In this document: in pieces, positions 13,991-26,229 of the stretch
How positions within the stretch are numbered: the first letter of the stretch is position 1
Layout: each line of letters opens with the position of its first letter
Source of the DNA: Stegostoma tigrinum
Taxonomy: Eukaryota
Direction of reading: 5' to 3'
Assembly (NCBI RefSeq): GCF_030684315.1
Contig: NC_081358.1
Location: 69,935,817 to 69,999,816 of the forward strand
DNA length: 64,000 nucleotides
Made by a program: the position numbers and the translations under genes
Notes under the pieces: model-generated
The model's input: only the letters and a program-made list of their open reading frames with translations
Database searches by the model: none
What the model was told of the DNA's origin: nothing

Positions 13991-14182
13991 AGATAACATG
14001 GTAAAGAGCTGGATGAACACAACAGGCCAAGCAGCATCAGAGGAGCAGGAAAGCTGACATTTCGGGTCAAGACCCTTCTTTTTGAAAAGGAAACGTCAAC
14101 TTTGCTGCTCGGCCTGCTGTGTTCATCCTGCTCTTTACCGTGTTATCTCAGATTCTCCAACATTGGCAGTTCCTACTATCTC
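13991..14182 (+). mobile_element. Palindromic mini-PLE (family A)
   Basis: Inverted arms agataac...gttatct plus unpaired tail. TSD tgtactgaatattta (13976-13990) vs tgtactgtattttta (14183-14197), 13/15 identical. Confidence 0.85.
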
Positions 14183-14291
14183 TGTACTGTATTTTTAGCC
14201 CACTTGCCAGTGAAAGAAGATTAATTTTATGAGAAAAAATGTTTGAAATATTTAAAATTACTACTTTAATGCCGCATAATTCTCTCTGTAG

Positions 14292-14564
14292 CGAAGCCCA
14301 GTTTTGTGATTCAGCCACAGAACACTGAAGTCCTGGTTGGATCAAGTATCACTCTGGAATGCAGTGCAATTGGACATCCCCAACCTCGAATTACATGGAC
14401 TAAAGGAAATGGAGAGCTCCTCCCTGCCCACTCCAGGTACACCACAACACCCTCAGGTGGCCTCTTTATTCGGAATGTTACTCTCCAGGACCATGGCCAG
14501 TTCATTTGTCACGCCAGTAATAATCAAGATTCCATCCAATCCTCAGCATCCATCATTGTACAAG
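14292..14564 (+). CDS. Peroxidasin-family (PXDN/PXDNL) internal coding exon, complete second Ig domain
   Basis: Acceptor tctctctgtag ends at 14291 and donor gtaagc starts at 14565. 273 bp, phase 1-1, in frame with the previous exon (..[42 protein letters not shown]...[25 protein letters not shown]). Confidence 0.95.
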
Positions 14565-15599
14565 GTAAGCGTGACTGTGCTGTTGCTGAATAATGATGCT
14601 GGGTTATAAAGGAATGTCAGCATTTGGAAAATATGTTCTGATTTATTTTCATAATATACAAATGTGTATTTACTAAGCTGGGTTTTCCAAAATTGAGCAG
14701 TGAAATGATGAAAAATTAAGACCTATGATAATTTTCCATTCCCATCTGCTTTTTAATGAGTTGAAACGAAAGGTAAGGCTGCCAAAATCTGTTCATTTCC
14801 CTATGTAAATGTTTGCAGTGTGCCTGATGACCGATGCTCCTGGCAGTTGTGCCTGGGGCAGGAAAGAAAGAATCCCACTGGTTCTTCCGTAAATTCTGCC
14901 AAGAATCCACTCTATCTGAGTAATGAGCTCCAAACCAAGAAGATTAATCAGATTCATGGCATGTTTAGGACAGTGGGTAGAATATCCTCTCCAACTGTCT
15001 TCCAATGGAAGGAGTGGTATTAGGTTTATTAGTTCATGTTTCAAAAGGTTTACATTGTTTTATTGCAACTAATATGATAAACTAATGGTATTTCAGAAGT
15101 ATAAAAAGAAGTTTGAAACAATATTAATGCTGTATTCTTATTGACTGAAATTATTTAGGTGCTTGGAGATCAATTCACGTGATGATGGCTCCTCGATGTC
15201 TGCTAATTTAAGCATGTATATTGATGTTTCATTTTAATTCAGTTCAGATCATTCTATGGGATTGCACTGACGAAATTATGATTTTGGATTGTGTCATTCC
15301 TCCTTCAATAGTTATTGCAATATTTTCCTATTGTTAATTTTATCTCCTAGTTTTGCAGATGGTGCATACATAATTTATTCTACAATGTATAGTAGCTAAA
15401 TTTGCCAATGACACCGTGACAGACAGGAAAGTAAGTTGCCAAGAGGAGGTAGAGAGTCTATAGGTTAAGTGAGGAAGGAAGCATTTTGGCAAAATGAATA
15501 TAATATGAAGAATATAAAATAGTCTATTTTAGCAGGAAAAAAATAAAACAGTATGTTACTTAAATGAAGAGAGACTGCAGGACTTGTAGGAACACCTAG

Positions 15600-17900
15600 C
15601 ATCAACTTCCATTTGTAGATGAGAGTTTTAAAATCCACCACCCTTTGCTAGATCAGTTTTAGGTTTAAATCTGAGATTGATAATTTTTTGTTAAGCAAAG
15701 GCACTGAGAGATATGGGCTAAAGGCAAATATGTGGAGTTAGACCACATATCAGCCATTATCTCACTAAATGACAGACAGCTGAATGGCCTTATCCTGTTC
15801 CTATGCTCCAAGATGCATCCTAATATCTCTCCTGAATGGTCTGACCCTAATTTTTAGATTATGCCCTCTGGTTCTAGAATCTGCAATTAATAGTTTATCT
15901 TTATCAGCCTGGGGGCTTTGATCAGATCACCAGTTAAAATTCTACATTCTAAAGAATACAAAGCTAATTTGGATAACCTCTCTGACCAAGGGCAATATAT
16001 CCCTCCTAAGGTGTGGTGCCCAGATCTGTTCACTGTATTCCAAGTGGTGTCTAACCAGGGTTTTGCATGTCTTTATACTCCAGTCTTCTAGATATAAGGC
16101 CAGCATTCCATGAGCTTTCTTGATTCTTTTCTGCATCTGTTTGTGGCATTTCACAGGTCTATGCACCTGAAATTCTAAGTCTGTTTGTATCTATTGTATT
16201 TAACTTCATATCAGGTCGAAGATCCCCTGATATATCTTTTTTTGGTCCAAAAGAGATAAATTCTGACATTGATATCCATCTGCCACAATTTTACCCATTT
16301 CCCTAATCTGTCAATATCCCCTTCTAATTTTATGCTGTCATCTACATTTTCCACAATGCCATCTAACTTTGTATCGTCAGCAATAACTTTCAGTGCCATT
16401 TTCCAAGTTGTCAATAAATAACTTGAAATTTGAGGCCCAAATATAGGTCCACCAAACATCATTAGTCATATCCTGTAACCTTGAGTACCTACCCATTATT
16501 CCTACTTTCTATCAATCAAATTCTTGGCCATGTCACTAATTTACCATTAATTCCTTCGGCCTCTACTTAAGTTAACAGTCTTTTTCATGGAGATAGCAAG
16601 AACTGCAGATGCTGGAATCAGAGACAACACAGTGTGGAACTGGAGGAACACAGTGGGCCAGGCAGCATCGGAGGAACAGGAAAGTTGACATTTCGGGTCT
16701 GGACTCTCCCCCGTCAACTTTCCTGCTGCTCTGATGCTGCCTGGCCTGCCGTGTGGCTCCAGCTCCACACTGTGTCATCTCTTACATGGGATTTTATCAA
16801 ATGTTTTTGAGAAGTCCAGGTAAACAACATTTCCTTACCCAACATCCACTACCTTAGTCATCTCTTTGAGATGTTCAATGAGGTTTATCAGGCATGAGCT
16901 CCCATCACGAATCTATGTTGGCTCTGATTTACAAGGTATTTTCAAGGTATTCACTTACCCTGTCTTTGATTACAGACTCCAACAATTTCCCCACCACAGA
17001 TGTTAGGCTAACTGATCTGTAACTCTCTGGTTTTTCTCTTTCACCCTTCTTAAGAAGCAAAGTGATATGCAATTTTTTGAACCAGAGGAATGACTCCTCA
17101 ATTTAGGGGACTTTTTAAGATTATAGCTTGGGTGTTTGCAACATGCTCCCCTATTTCCTTTGATACCCTTGGATGGAAACCATCCTGTCCTAGGGATTTG
17201 TCTATATTTAATTCCATTGATTTCCTTATTCTCGAAGTTTTACCTGCATTAATGTTATATAACCTCTGTCCCCCTTACACTGTCAATTTTGTCTGGACTC
17301 CAGCAAGCTATCCTTCTCTTCTACTATAAATACTGATGCAAAGTCATTATTGAACAGGTTTGCCATTTCCCCATAGTTGTTCACAATATCTCCACTTTCA
17401 TTCTTTAGTGGTCCTGGCCAGCCTACTTTCCCCTAATGTGACTGTAATATTTCTTGTCCATTTTCATGTCCCTTGCAAGTTTTGTTTCAGAATCACTTTT
17501 ACTAGATCTTGTAATCTGATTTGTGACCCTTCAATAGTCTTTGTATCTTTCCTGTTCAGCATGATATTTGCTGGTTTTTGTGTTTTTGTAGGCCCTTTCT
17601 AGTAGTTTTCTGTTGTCCCTCGTTTCTTTAGTTATCAATGACTTTTTCCCTGTGAAATAGAGCTTTTCCCTCTCAAAGATATAAGCTAGTTCTGAATGTT
17701 GTTAAATGTTTCGTTAAACATCCTCCAGTATTCTTCAGTTGTTTTACTGGCAGATTTACCCGTTCTTTGTGGAAAAGTCTGTCTCATCTCATTAAGGTCA
17801 GCATTACCAAATCTAAACTTCCAGTATGTGCGTTATGCTTTTTGCTTTCAATCACTTCATTGAATTTGATATTTTTATGATCACTGTTTGACAAATGACT
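15600..17900 (-). mobile_element. Old CR1 LINE with nested insertions
   Basis: ORFs 15942-16166 (LVRHHLEYSEQIWAPHLR) and 16211-16462 (IADDTKLDG). Confidence 0.8.
16590..16780 (-). mobile_element. Palindromic mini-PLE (family A), tail on the left
   Basis: Tail agatagcaagaactgcagatgctgg followed by inverted arms; flanks tttcatgg / ttacatgg. Confidence 0.8.
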
Positions 17901-17904
17901 TTGT

Positions 17905-18730
17905 GGTACAAACGGATCTTGGTGTCCAGATACATGAATATCAGAAACCTAGTATGCAGATACAGCAAGTGATGAGGAAGACAACTGCATTGCAGAAGAA
18001 TGGATTATAAAAGTAGGAATTGATGAGATGATGTCTGGATACTATGTACAATTTTGGCTTTTTTTAAAGAAAATCTATATAACTGCTTCAAAATCAGTTC
18101 AATGGAAGTTCGCTTGATTCATTCCTGGGATCAAAAGTTTTATCAAGAGATTTTCTTATGAGGATGAGTTGAACAGGCTAGACCTATATCCTTTAGAGTT
18201 TAAAAGAATAAGATGTGGTCTAACTGATTTTGAGGGAATTAGATACAGCATAGTTTAAGAATAAGGGGTCTTCCTTTTAAGGTGGAGATGAAAAGTATTT
18301 GCTTTCTTCAGATAACAAGGTGTGGAGCTGGATGAACACAACAGGCCAGGCAGCATCCGAGGTGCAGAAAAGCTGATGTTTTGGGTCTGGACCCTTCTTC
18401 ATTTTCTGAAGAAGAGTCCACACCCGAAACATCAGCTTCCTGCTCCTCTGATGCTGCTTGGCCTGCTTTGTTCATCCAGCTCCACATCTTGTTATCTCAG
18501 ATTCTCCAGCATCGGCAGTTCCTACTATCTCTGCTTTATTCATAGAAGTTATTTGAAGCTGTGATTTTGTATTTACACAAGGATTGGTTCAATTTTTGAA
18601 ACAAATACGAGGCATGCGTTATGGGTTGCCGACTAAGTGAAGACCAAATCAGATCAGCCAAGATCTTATTGAATGATGGAGCAGGCTTAAGGCCGAGCAG
18701 CCTACGTACTGCTCCTACATTCCTGTATTG
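17905..18730 (+). mobile_element. Old CR1 LINE 3' fragment, interrupted by a mini-PLE
   Basis: Degenerate similarity to the CR1 ORF2 C-terminus and 3' UTR. Confidence 0.65.
18311..18531 (+). mobile_element. Palindromic mini-PLE (family A) with hammerhead motif
   Basis: Arms of ~90 bp. TSD tgctttcttca (18300-18310) vs tgctttattca (18532-18542). CTGAAGA...GAAACATC at 18406-18433. Confidence 0.88.
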
Positions 18731-19700
18731 TCAGGTGCTAGGTAATTTATCCTGCTCTCTGTTGGAAAGGTTTTCCTGGAATTCAAAACGTGGGCATCCC
18801 TTTTCATATTCTCCTCATGCAAAAACACTTGCACTTCATCAGCCAACAAAGAGGAATTGAATGCTTTGTCATTCCATCAATTGATGTGCATTCCATTTCT
18901 TGCATTCATTTGGGCCTACCAACCCTTAATTTTTCCCTGTCTCCTTGGTAAATTTTGAAGAGACTTCCAGATATTTAAGTCAATTTCAACATTAATAACA
19001 TTCAAGCTTTATCACAGACTCATTGTAGAATCCCAAAAGACTCCCAGACCTCAGGTTTTCTTTTGCTACATTCTAATTCTTTAATGTCAATCGAACAGTA
19101 CCCTTCTTTAGTAAGATATGGATGGATTTTAAAATCAGTTTATTTAATGGGGAGTATTTTGTTGAACATCTTGAATCATTTCTTTAAATTTTTAATACAT
19201 TTTGTCTATTGCTTTCATGGATCTTCTTTTTCCAAAAATACCTTTCCAAATAAAAAATGTTTTCAAGCTGTTCTTTGTCGAATTCTTAGCAGGTTCTCAT
19301 TTTAATATTACTGATCCATGTGAAACATACTATGGAATCATTCATGTCACATTGGAGAGAGGTGTTACCATGGCCTTGTAAAACTGATCATTAATTTACT
19401 TTTTTGACGCACTTACAAAATAATTGGGCTTCTTAAAGGCCAATCTATCATCATCTACCGCTACACTTACAAATATGTATAATTCTTTATTTCAGTGTAA
19501 TTTGCTAAGAGTGATGATTAAAACCAATGCTGAACATTTCAGACAATACGTGCTGAAGGGATCTTGCTCTCAGAAGCACCAGCATGTTCTAAAGCCTGTC
19601 AGTAATGAAAAATAGATGTATGACACGTCAATGCCATTATGAAGAGGTATAAAAAGTGAGAGGACTTGGTGGGTGTGTTTCTTTTATCCCGATGCAAGAC

Positions 19701-19947
19701 CGCAGCACAATGGCTCAGTGATTAGTACAGCTACTTCACATTGTCAGGGATCCAGGTTTGATTCCAGCCTCAGGTAACTGTTTTTATGGAGTTTGCACAT
19801 TTTCCCCATGTCTGTGTGGGTTTCTTCAGGGTGTTCCGTTTTGTCCCACAGTCCAAAGGGATGCAGGCTAGATGAATGAGCCACAGTAAATGCAGTGTTA
19901 CAGGGATGGACCAAATGGCCTGCTCCCACGCTGTAGGGTTTCTATTC
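19701..19947 (+). mobile_element. V-SINE (HE1-like), internally deleted
   Basis: Head tggctcagtgattag, B-box-like ggtttgattcc and the V-domain. Confidence 0.8.
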
Positions 19948-20329
19948 GATCCTAAGGGGCAGTTGTATATTGACGGTGCAGAAATGCAATAACATATTCA
20001 TAAGTTGTTGAAGATTGTTAAAAGAACTGTTTTTTTTAGCTGTGGGTCATTTGATAGCATCCATTCATTTGAATTAGAAAGTTGTCTGTACATGTCCTGC
20101 TCCCAATACTTGGGTAAAAAAATGGAGAATTTATTGAGGAAGTGCTGCGATGTTTCAGGTTTCCTTTTTTTCGCAAAGTTACGTGGAAAGCCTGCCTGGT
20201 CTCTTAGGTAGATTCAAAAAAATGCCAGAATTTATTCCAAAGAGGACGTCAGGAGTCCTTACATTTTTTTTGTGGGATCACGCTTTATGCAACTTGTTAT
20301 ATGTGATTGCTTTAGTGTAACAGTGCCCC

Positions 20330-20970
20330 ATGAATTTGATAACGAGGTAAGACTTGGAATGTTTGAGGTTCACTGATCGTTGAAAGTGATAGGACAGGTA
20401 TTCTCAGCTTTATTAAAAGGGGAAGAAAATATAACAACAAGGAATTCATGTTAAATATTAGATACTTGTGTAAGATACTTATTACACCTCCAATGAATTA
20501 TTGTGCACAATCAGTGGCCGCTATTATAGAAATGATATAAATGCATCAGAGAGAATTCAGAAGCAATTTAGCAGAATGGTTCCCAGTAAGAGAAATTTCA
20601 GTTACGAGGATGGATTGAAGAAGTTGGGACTGTAGTCCTTGGAGAGTAGAAGCATGAGAGGTTTTCAAAATCATTGGAGGTTGGATAGAGTAATCAGGGA
20701 GAAGCTGTCCTACTCGTAAAAGGGCATAGATTTAAAGTAATGTGCAAACAAAGCAAGGGTGATGTGGGAAAAATGGTTTTGCACAATTTGTAGCTAATGC
20801 ATTGATTGAAAATGCAATGGAGGCAGGTTCATTTGAAGCATTCAAGAGGGCATTAGATGATTATTTGGTCAGAAATAGTGTGCGGGGATATGGGGAAAAG
20901 GCAAGAGATTGGCACGAGATCATCAAACCAGTGTAAACATAATGGACTGAATGTTCTCACCGTAACATTT
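20330..20970 (+). mobile_element. Old CR1 LINE 3' fragment
   Basis: Degenerate CR1 ORF2 C-terminal and 3' UTR sequence. Confidence 0.7.
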
Positions 20971-21603
20971 CTGTAATTGTATGTGCACTAGGCCATCTTC
21001 ACAATAGATTTCTATCTCCTTCTCTTTTGATTCCCAGTGGTTAGTGCATGCTTACAATGACAACATGTCTGGTAGTGGCAGACAGATAGTTAAGTTGTTT
21101 AGTGAGCTACTTGGTGGTCTCTTCATGAAAGGTCTACAAACTTAATCCTTCCGTTTGAGCCTCCCATTGTGTCCACACCCCAACAAATCAGACGAGGTAG
21201 CCACACCATAAGAGTTTGATAATGCATTGCTAATGATTGTGATTTAATTGACCCAGCAGAGAATGGCATGGCATCTTTGCATGGCCCAGCCTTGCCGAGT
21301 GTGGAATTTGTGGGTGTGTATTTCTATGAGCTTTGTGATGTATCAACCCCTGCCTTGATACTGATAAAGGATGGTGGATAGTGCTTGGCCATGAGCAGCA
21401 CTTAGTTTAGTCACAGAGTGAGGCTGTTGGTTTCCCTGTGCCCTGTTTGGATGTGCATAGTCATTAATTGACTATTCTCCTTAAATTAAACTGGCAAATA
21501 CCTTCTGAAATGGCTTCTTGTCAGAAATGACCCTGAAAATGGGGTCCCAAAGCCCATGGGAATATTCAATCCTATATTTAAAAAGTAGTCAATTGATTGT
21601 AGG

Positions 21604-21778
21604 CACAAAACCCAAAATTGCTGGAAAAACTCAGCAGGTCAGGCAGCGTCAGTAGAGAGAAATCAGAGCTTATCATTCAGGTTCAGTGACCCTTCTTCAG
21701 AATAATTATGAGTTTTTCTAGAAATTATGTTATTTGTTTCTGATTTCCAGCATCTGCAGTTATTTTAGGTTCTTTTGT
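21604..21778 (+). mobile_element. Mini-PLE derivative (family B), partly palindromic
   Basis: Perfect 11 bp TSD ttgattgtagg (21593-21603 and 21779-21789). Minus strand has a degenerate hammerhead ctgaagaagggtcactgaacctgaa; ends in a ccagcatctgcag tail. Confidence 0.75.
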
Positions 21779-22702
21779 TTGATTGTAGGTGCTTTGCGGT
21801 GACTTGAGTCATGAAAGAAGTCATACCACACAGGTCGCTATTTTTTATGATCTGATATCCAAAACATGTTTCACAAATGTGGCCTTACATATGTTCCTCA
21901 ATGTGCCATATTTAAACTGAATGTGGTTCAGTATCAAAAACAGAGTTATTCTTGTAAGTAAATGGCAGCTGACAACCGTGAAAAGAAAACTGATAACCAG
22001 CTAAAGAAGTACTGAATAACAAGGAAAATTGACTCAAAGTCTTAACAGATTGGCTAGCACTTTGGAGAGGGAAAGGTAGACCTAAAATCTCCTCAGATGC
22101 TACTTGACTTGCTGAGGATATTTTCAGTATTTTCCTTTGCTATCAAAAAGATGGTGAATTACAAAAAAAATCTTAGAACTGTAACTCAGCCTGTAAGTAA
22201 AATTCGAATGCCTTATTGGCATGAGCATTTGCCTCCTCAGTATATAGACTTGGCAAATAGAGACTATAGTGATACAAGTATGCCTGGACAATGCCTTAAC
22301 TGGACCTTTAGCCACTGGACTCTCAGGCAATAGCATATGGGAAGGAAGGGTGAGAAGTTTGCCCAGCAAAAGAATGGAAAATATGAACAAATCTTCCAAG
22401 TATTGATGACTGAGTGAAGAGGAAATATTTGGCAAGTTCAAGTAGTGTGCAGAATAGCGAGTGGCATGTGTCACAGTGAAGGGAGAATGGGGTAAGTTTA
22501 ACTCATGACTGCCTACTTCTTCTTAAGCCTGAGGGAGTAGGGTATTGTTTGGTTTGCAGTTCTCCCTTTTTACTCCCATTCTTAACTGAGGTAGGTCGAG
22601 GGGTTTACCCAAATCCTGGTTTTTGTACACCAATAAACCCATAGCAAAATAATAAAAGATTGGTTTAATAACTAAATATGGAGAATTTCTTAGCTATACC
22701 AT

Positions 22703-22758
<56 letters not shown>
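22703..22758. repeat. (TC)n(AC)n compound microsatellite
   Basis: Directly visible. Confidence 0.98.
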
Positions 22759-22763
<5 letters not shown>

Positions 22764-25255
22764 CATTTAGGAAATTCAGAAAGACAAGACAGGAGAGCTT
22801 ATAAATGAAAAACTCTGGAAAACACAGGGGTATTAAAAATTGGTTATAATTTCCGATGCTCCAGTGAGCTGGGCCCAAGAAAGTGTAAGTATCTTTCCAG
22901 CCAGCAACCTGGAGAGATCAGGGTCCAAGGCAAGCTGACAATTCAGATTGGAGGCTTGCTGTCCCTCTAAAGGAGAAAAAGCAACTGATTTAGAATCCCA
23001 GATTTGTATACTTAAACATTTTAATTGTTTCTGATTTCAGTCATGTGACAATGGCAATCATTTCAAGTGCTAAGAGCCCATCTCATCTAAGAGTCCACCA
23101 AGATCATTTTTTACATAAATTAATTAAAGCACATAAATTGTGAAGAAAATGTAGTTCTGTTTAGGATTTCTCTGCATTCATTCTGTCAGCAAATGTGAGA
23201 ATGGCCCAAGTTAGCAATATAATCTGGAAAACACTGCATGGAATAAAATTAATTTTAAGAAAGTGTGTTGGTTCTCTGTAATTCCATTTCAGTCTTTTGC
23301 CTACCTATTATTCTGTATCACTGAATGGAAAACAGAAGTGAAACAGAAGAGTTTGTGGTAGTGGGAGGGCTGAGAGGGGAAATGGTCTCACTAGATTTTG
23401 AAAGAGAACACATGGTTATTATTGACTTTCTTGTCTTCATAAGTCCCATATGTGTAAATCTTGTTTTAGTTACGCGACTAAACAAAGAGCAAAAGGCAGG
23501 GTAACACAGCAGAAATCTGTCAGCTCATGTAGAGTACAGGGAACAGTAATTATACAAGGAATGGCAATTCATTAGAGACTTTGTATTGTATTCCTCAAAC
23601 TAACTGAGGTAGTTGGCAAACTTAAGCGCTGAAGTCATTTCTTTATGTAGTTAGCAGTTGAATGCCAATGCTAGCTCATTATACTTTGCTTTAATTTAAG
23701 TCACAAACCAGCCAATCATACGAGTGACATTGTTTGATGCCAAGTTCATATTCCATCACACAAAATAGAATTGGCATTACCCAAAGTGAATAGCCACTTT
23801 TTGTTTACATTGTTACCTTCTAAACTTCAAGCACCGTGTTATATGGAAATGTTATTCTGGGATGTTGTTCAAAGTTTTAATTTTTTTTAGCTAATCTTAG
23901 CTGTCACTTTAGTGTCCAGTGTTCAGTCACTCTCTTGAGGGAGACTGGTCCAAGTGTAACATTAATAACATGTATTATTACATCAGCTTTAAAATAGGAA
24001 ATAATTACAAGGGCAAGTGGAGAGGTAGACATTCATCGTCATTATACAGGCATCGGCTGACTTCAGATCCATCGATTATCTTGCTAAAGGGCAACATACA
24101 GATGAGAAATAGGAATGGCTCAAGATAACAATATAAGGGACAAAAAAAGAGAATGCAATCCTGAAGGTGAACTGCCTATAATTGGATGCCTATATCTGGA
24201 ACCAAACAAATGAATCAAACAACATTCAAGACTTTAGAGCTATAATTGACAATGTTGGTGGTTACAGAGAACTGCGTGTAACATAAGATTTGAACATGCA
24301 CAAGGCCCAAAAATCATGAAGTAAGGATTCCTTTTTCTGATTGCATCAGGTCAATATAAACAGGAGGAGAAATATAAATAAAGAAATATTGACACTATAT
24401 ACATGGGTTGATCATTCCATTTATCTGAGGAATTCTTTTTTCTCCCTGCCCTCCCTTCCCATCAGCCCTCTCTCCACCAAAAACACTCTTTTCCAGCAAG
24501 ATTTTGTTTTATCGACCCCAGATGTCTTCCTTCAGCATCAACATCAGTTTATGCCCCAAAGAATTGCTCAGCTCTCCTTGCTCAATGTCTTCCGTCATTG
24601 TCGCTGTCAGCTGCTGGAGGTCCTGTTACTTAAGGGCGACAAAAATGATTGAAGTATCAAGGTGAGGATTACAGATATGATTAATGTTGGCCTAGGATTG
24701 TTAGGTGTTGAGGGAAAGGTGAAAATGAAAGATTCATACAGGATTGTTTTCAGTAAGAGAGTAGAACAAAGATACCTAACGTAACAACATGTTCAAGGAT
24801 TTTGTAATAGATAGAGCCAGAGATGGGGTAGTAGTCAATGAAGCAAATAAGTCATTTTCTTTTTGAGGTTGAGAATTCCACAGGCTCACCATGCTCTGAT
24901 TAAAGAAATTTCCCCTCATCCCAGTCCTAAATGGACTACACATTCTGTTGAGACAATTGGCAGCACTTGTAAACATATAGAGATGGTGCCTTACGCACAG
25001 GAATCATTTATAGTATCACTGGGGGATAGGCATAGATTTGAATATTTGAGGTTGCCACTGATTGCCAACAATATGACTCTGTCATTGTCTCAGTGATTTC
25101 TCCATGTTATCCAAAGATCAGATATAACAGCAGAAAAGAGCTTTTTTTTTCTCTGCCTGGTTCTCTTTAATAGAAATTTGTATTTCACAAAGTAGGTGGT
25201 TTCATTACTTCCTATGCACATCATAAATTGTGCAACCAAACTTCCACTACATGTT

Positions 25256-25450
25256 AATAAAGTGTGAAGCTGGATGAACACAGCAGGCCAAGCAGCATCT
25301 CAGGAGCACAAAAGCTGACATTTCGGGCCTAGACCCTTAGGCCCAAAACGTCAGCTTTTATGCTCCTGAGATGCTGCTTGGCCTGCTGTGTTCATCCAGC
25401 TTCACACTTTATTATCTTGGATTCTCCAGCATCTGCAGTTCCCATTATCT
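25256..25450 (+). mobile_element. Young palindromic mini-PLE (family A)
   Basis: Near-perfect ~75 bp inverted arms. Perfect 15 bp TSD cttccactacatgtt (25241-25255 and 25451-25465). Confidence 0.93.
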
Positions 25451-26229
25451 CTTCCACTACATGTTGCTAGCATGCGAAGATCCCAACTAGAAATATATAG
25501 TTGGAAAATTATTCCAAAAATGTTCTGTCATGTATGAGACATGGTTTCAAAAGCTTTCATTATAAGCTGTGCTTTAGTATGTGTTGAATTGCTAAATACT
25601 TGCAATAATTTATTTTCTGTCTGAGAGAAATTAATTTTGTGAGCAAGCTAAATGAAAAACACTTGAAGAACTACTATAACCTTGGAATGAAATAAACAAT
25701 AGCTTGAGTCCCTGTGATATCAATTTCCATTTTCATTTCTGAGGAGAATTACATGCAACATTTTCACTCATGTATTTAATGTGGTGTTGCCTGTGTTGTT
25801 GGCTGCGACTAGCTGTGATATCCGTTGTCTTCCTTGGACGCAGCAACACCAGATATTGTCCTCAACGGCAAAGCTAATCAGGATTTCTCTTCTGCTCCTT
25901 CAACAAAATGTCTCACCCCAATATGCAAACATAAAATGCTACAAAGACTCAGCATGTCTGGCAACAACTGAAAAAGAATTAGTGTTTTAAGTCCAATAAC
26001 AATGTATCATTCCCTGTCCCTTTATGTGCCTGTTTAACTGGATTTCCTATTTCTCCTTCTCTTCTACTCAGTCCCATTTTTTCTTTACAAACTCAGAGGG
26101 GCAAATCTGGGTTACGATAGTGCAGTTAATGGGAATAAAATACAGAGATTAGAAAATGTATTGCAAAACACTATTGCCTATCACAAAATCACAATCTATT
26201 CCATGTCTTTCTCGCAAACACTGTATATA

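Noticed and set aside
25256-25450. Interpretation as a DNA-transposon MITE or miRNA precursor
   Set aside because: The arms are the 3' end of the RT/GIY-YIG element in this window, one side has an unpaired tail, and TSD length varies between copies; no evidence for miRNA processing.
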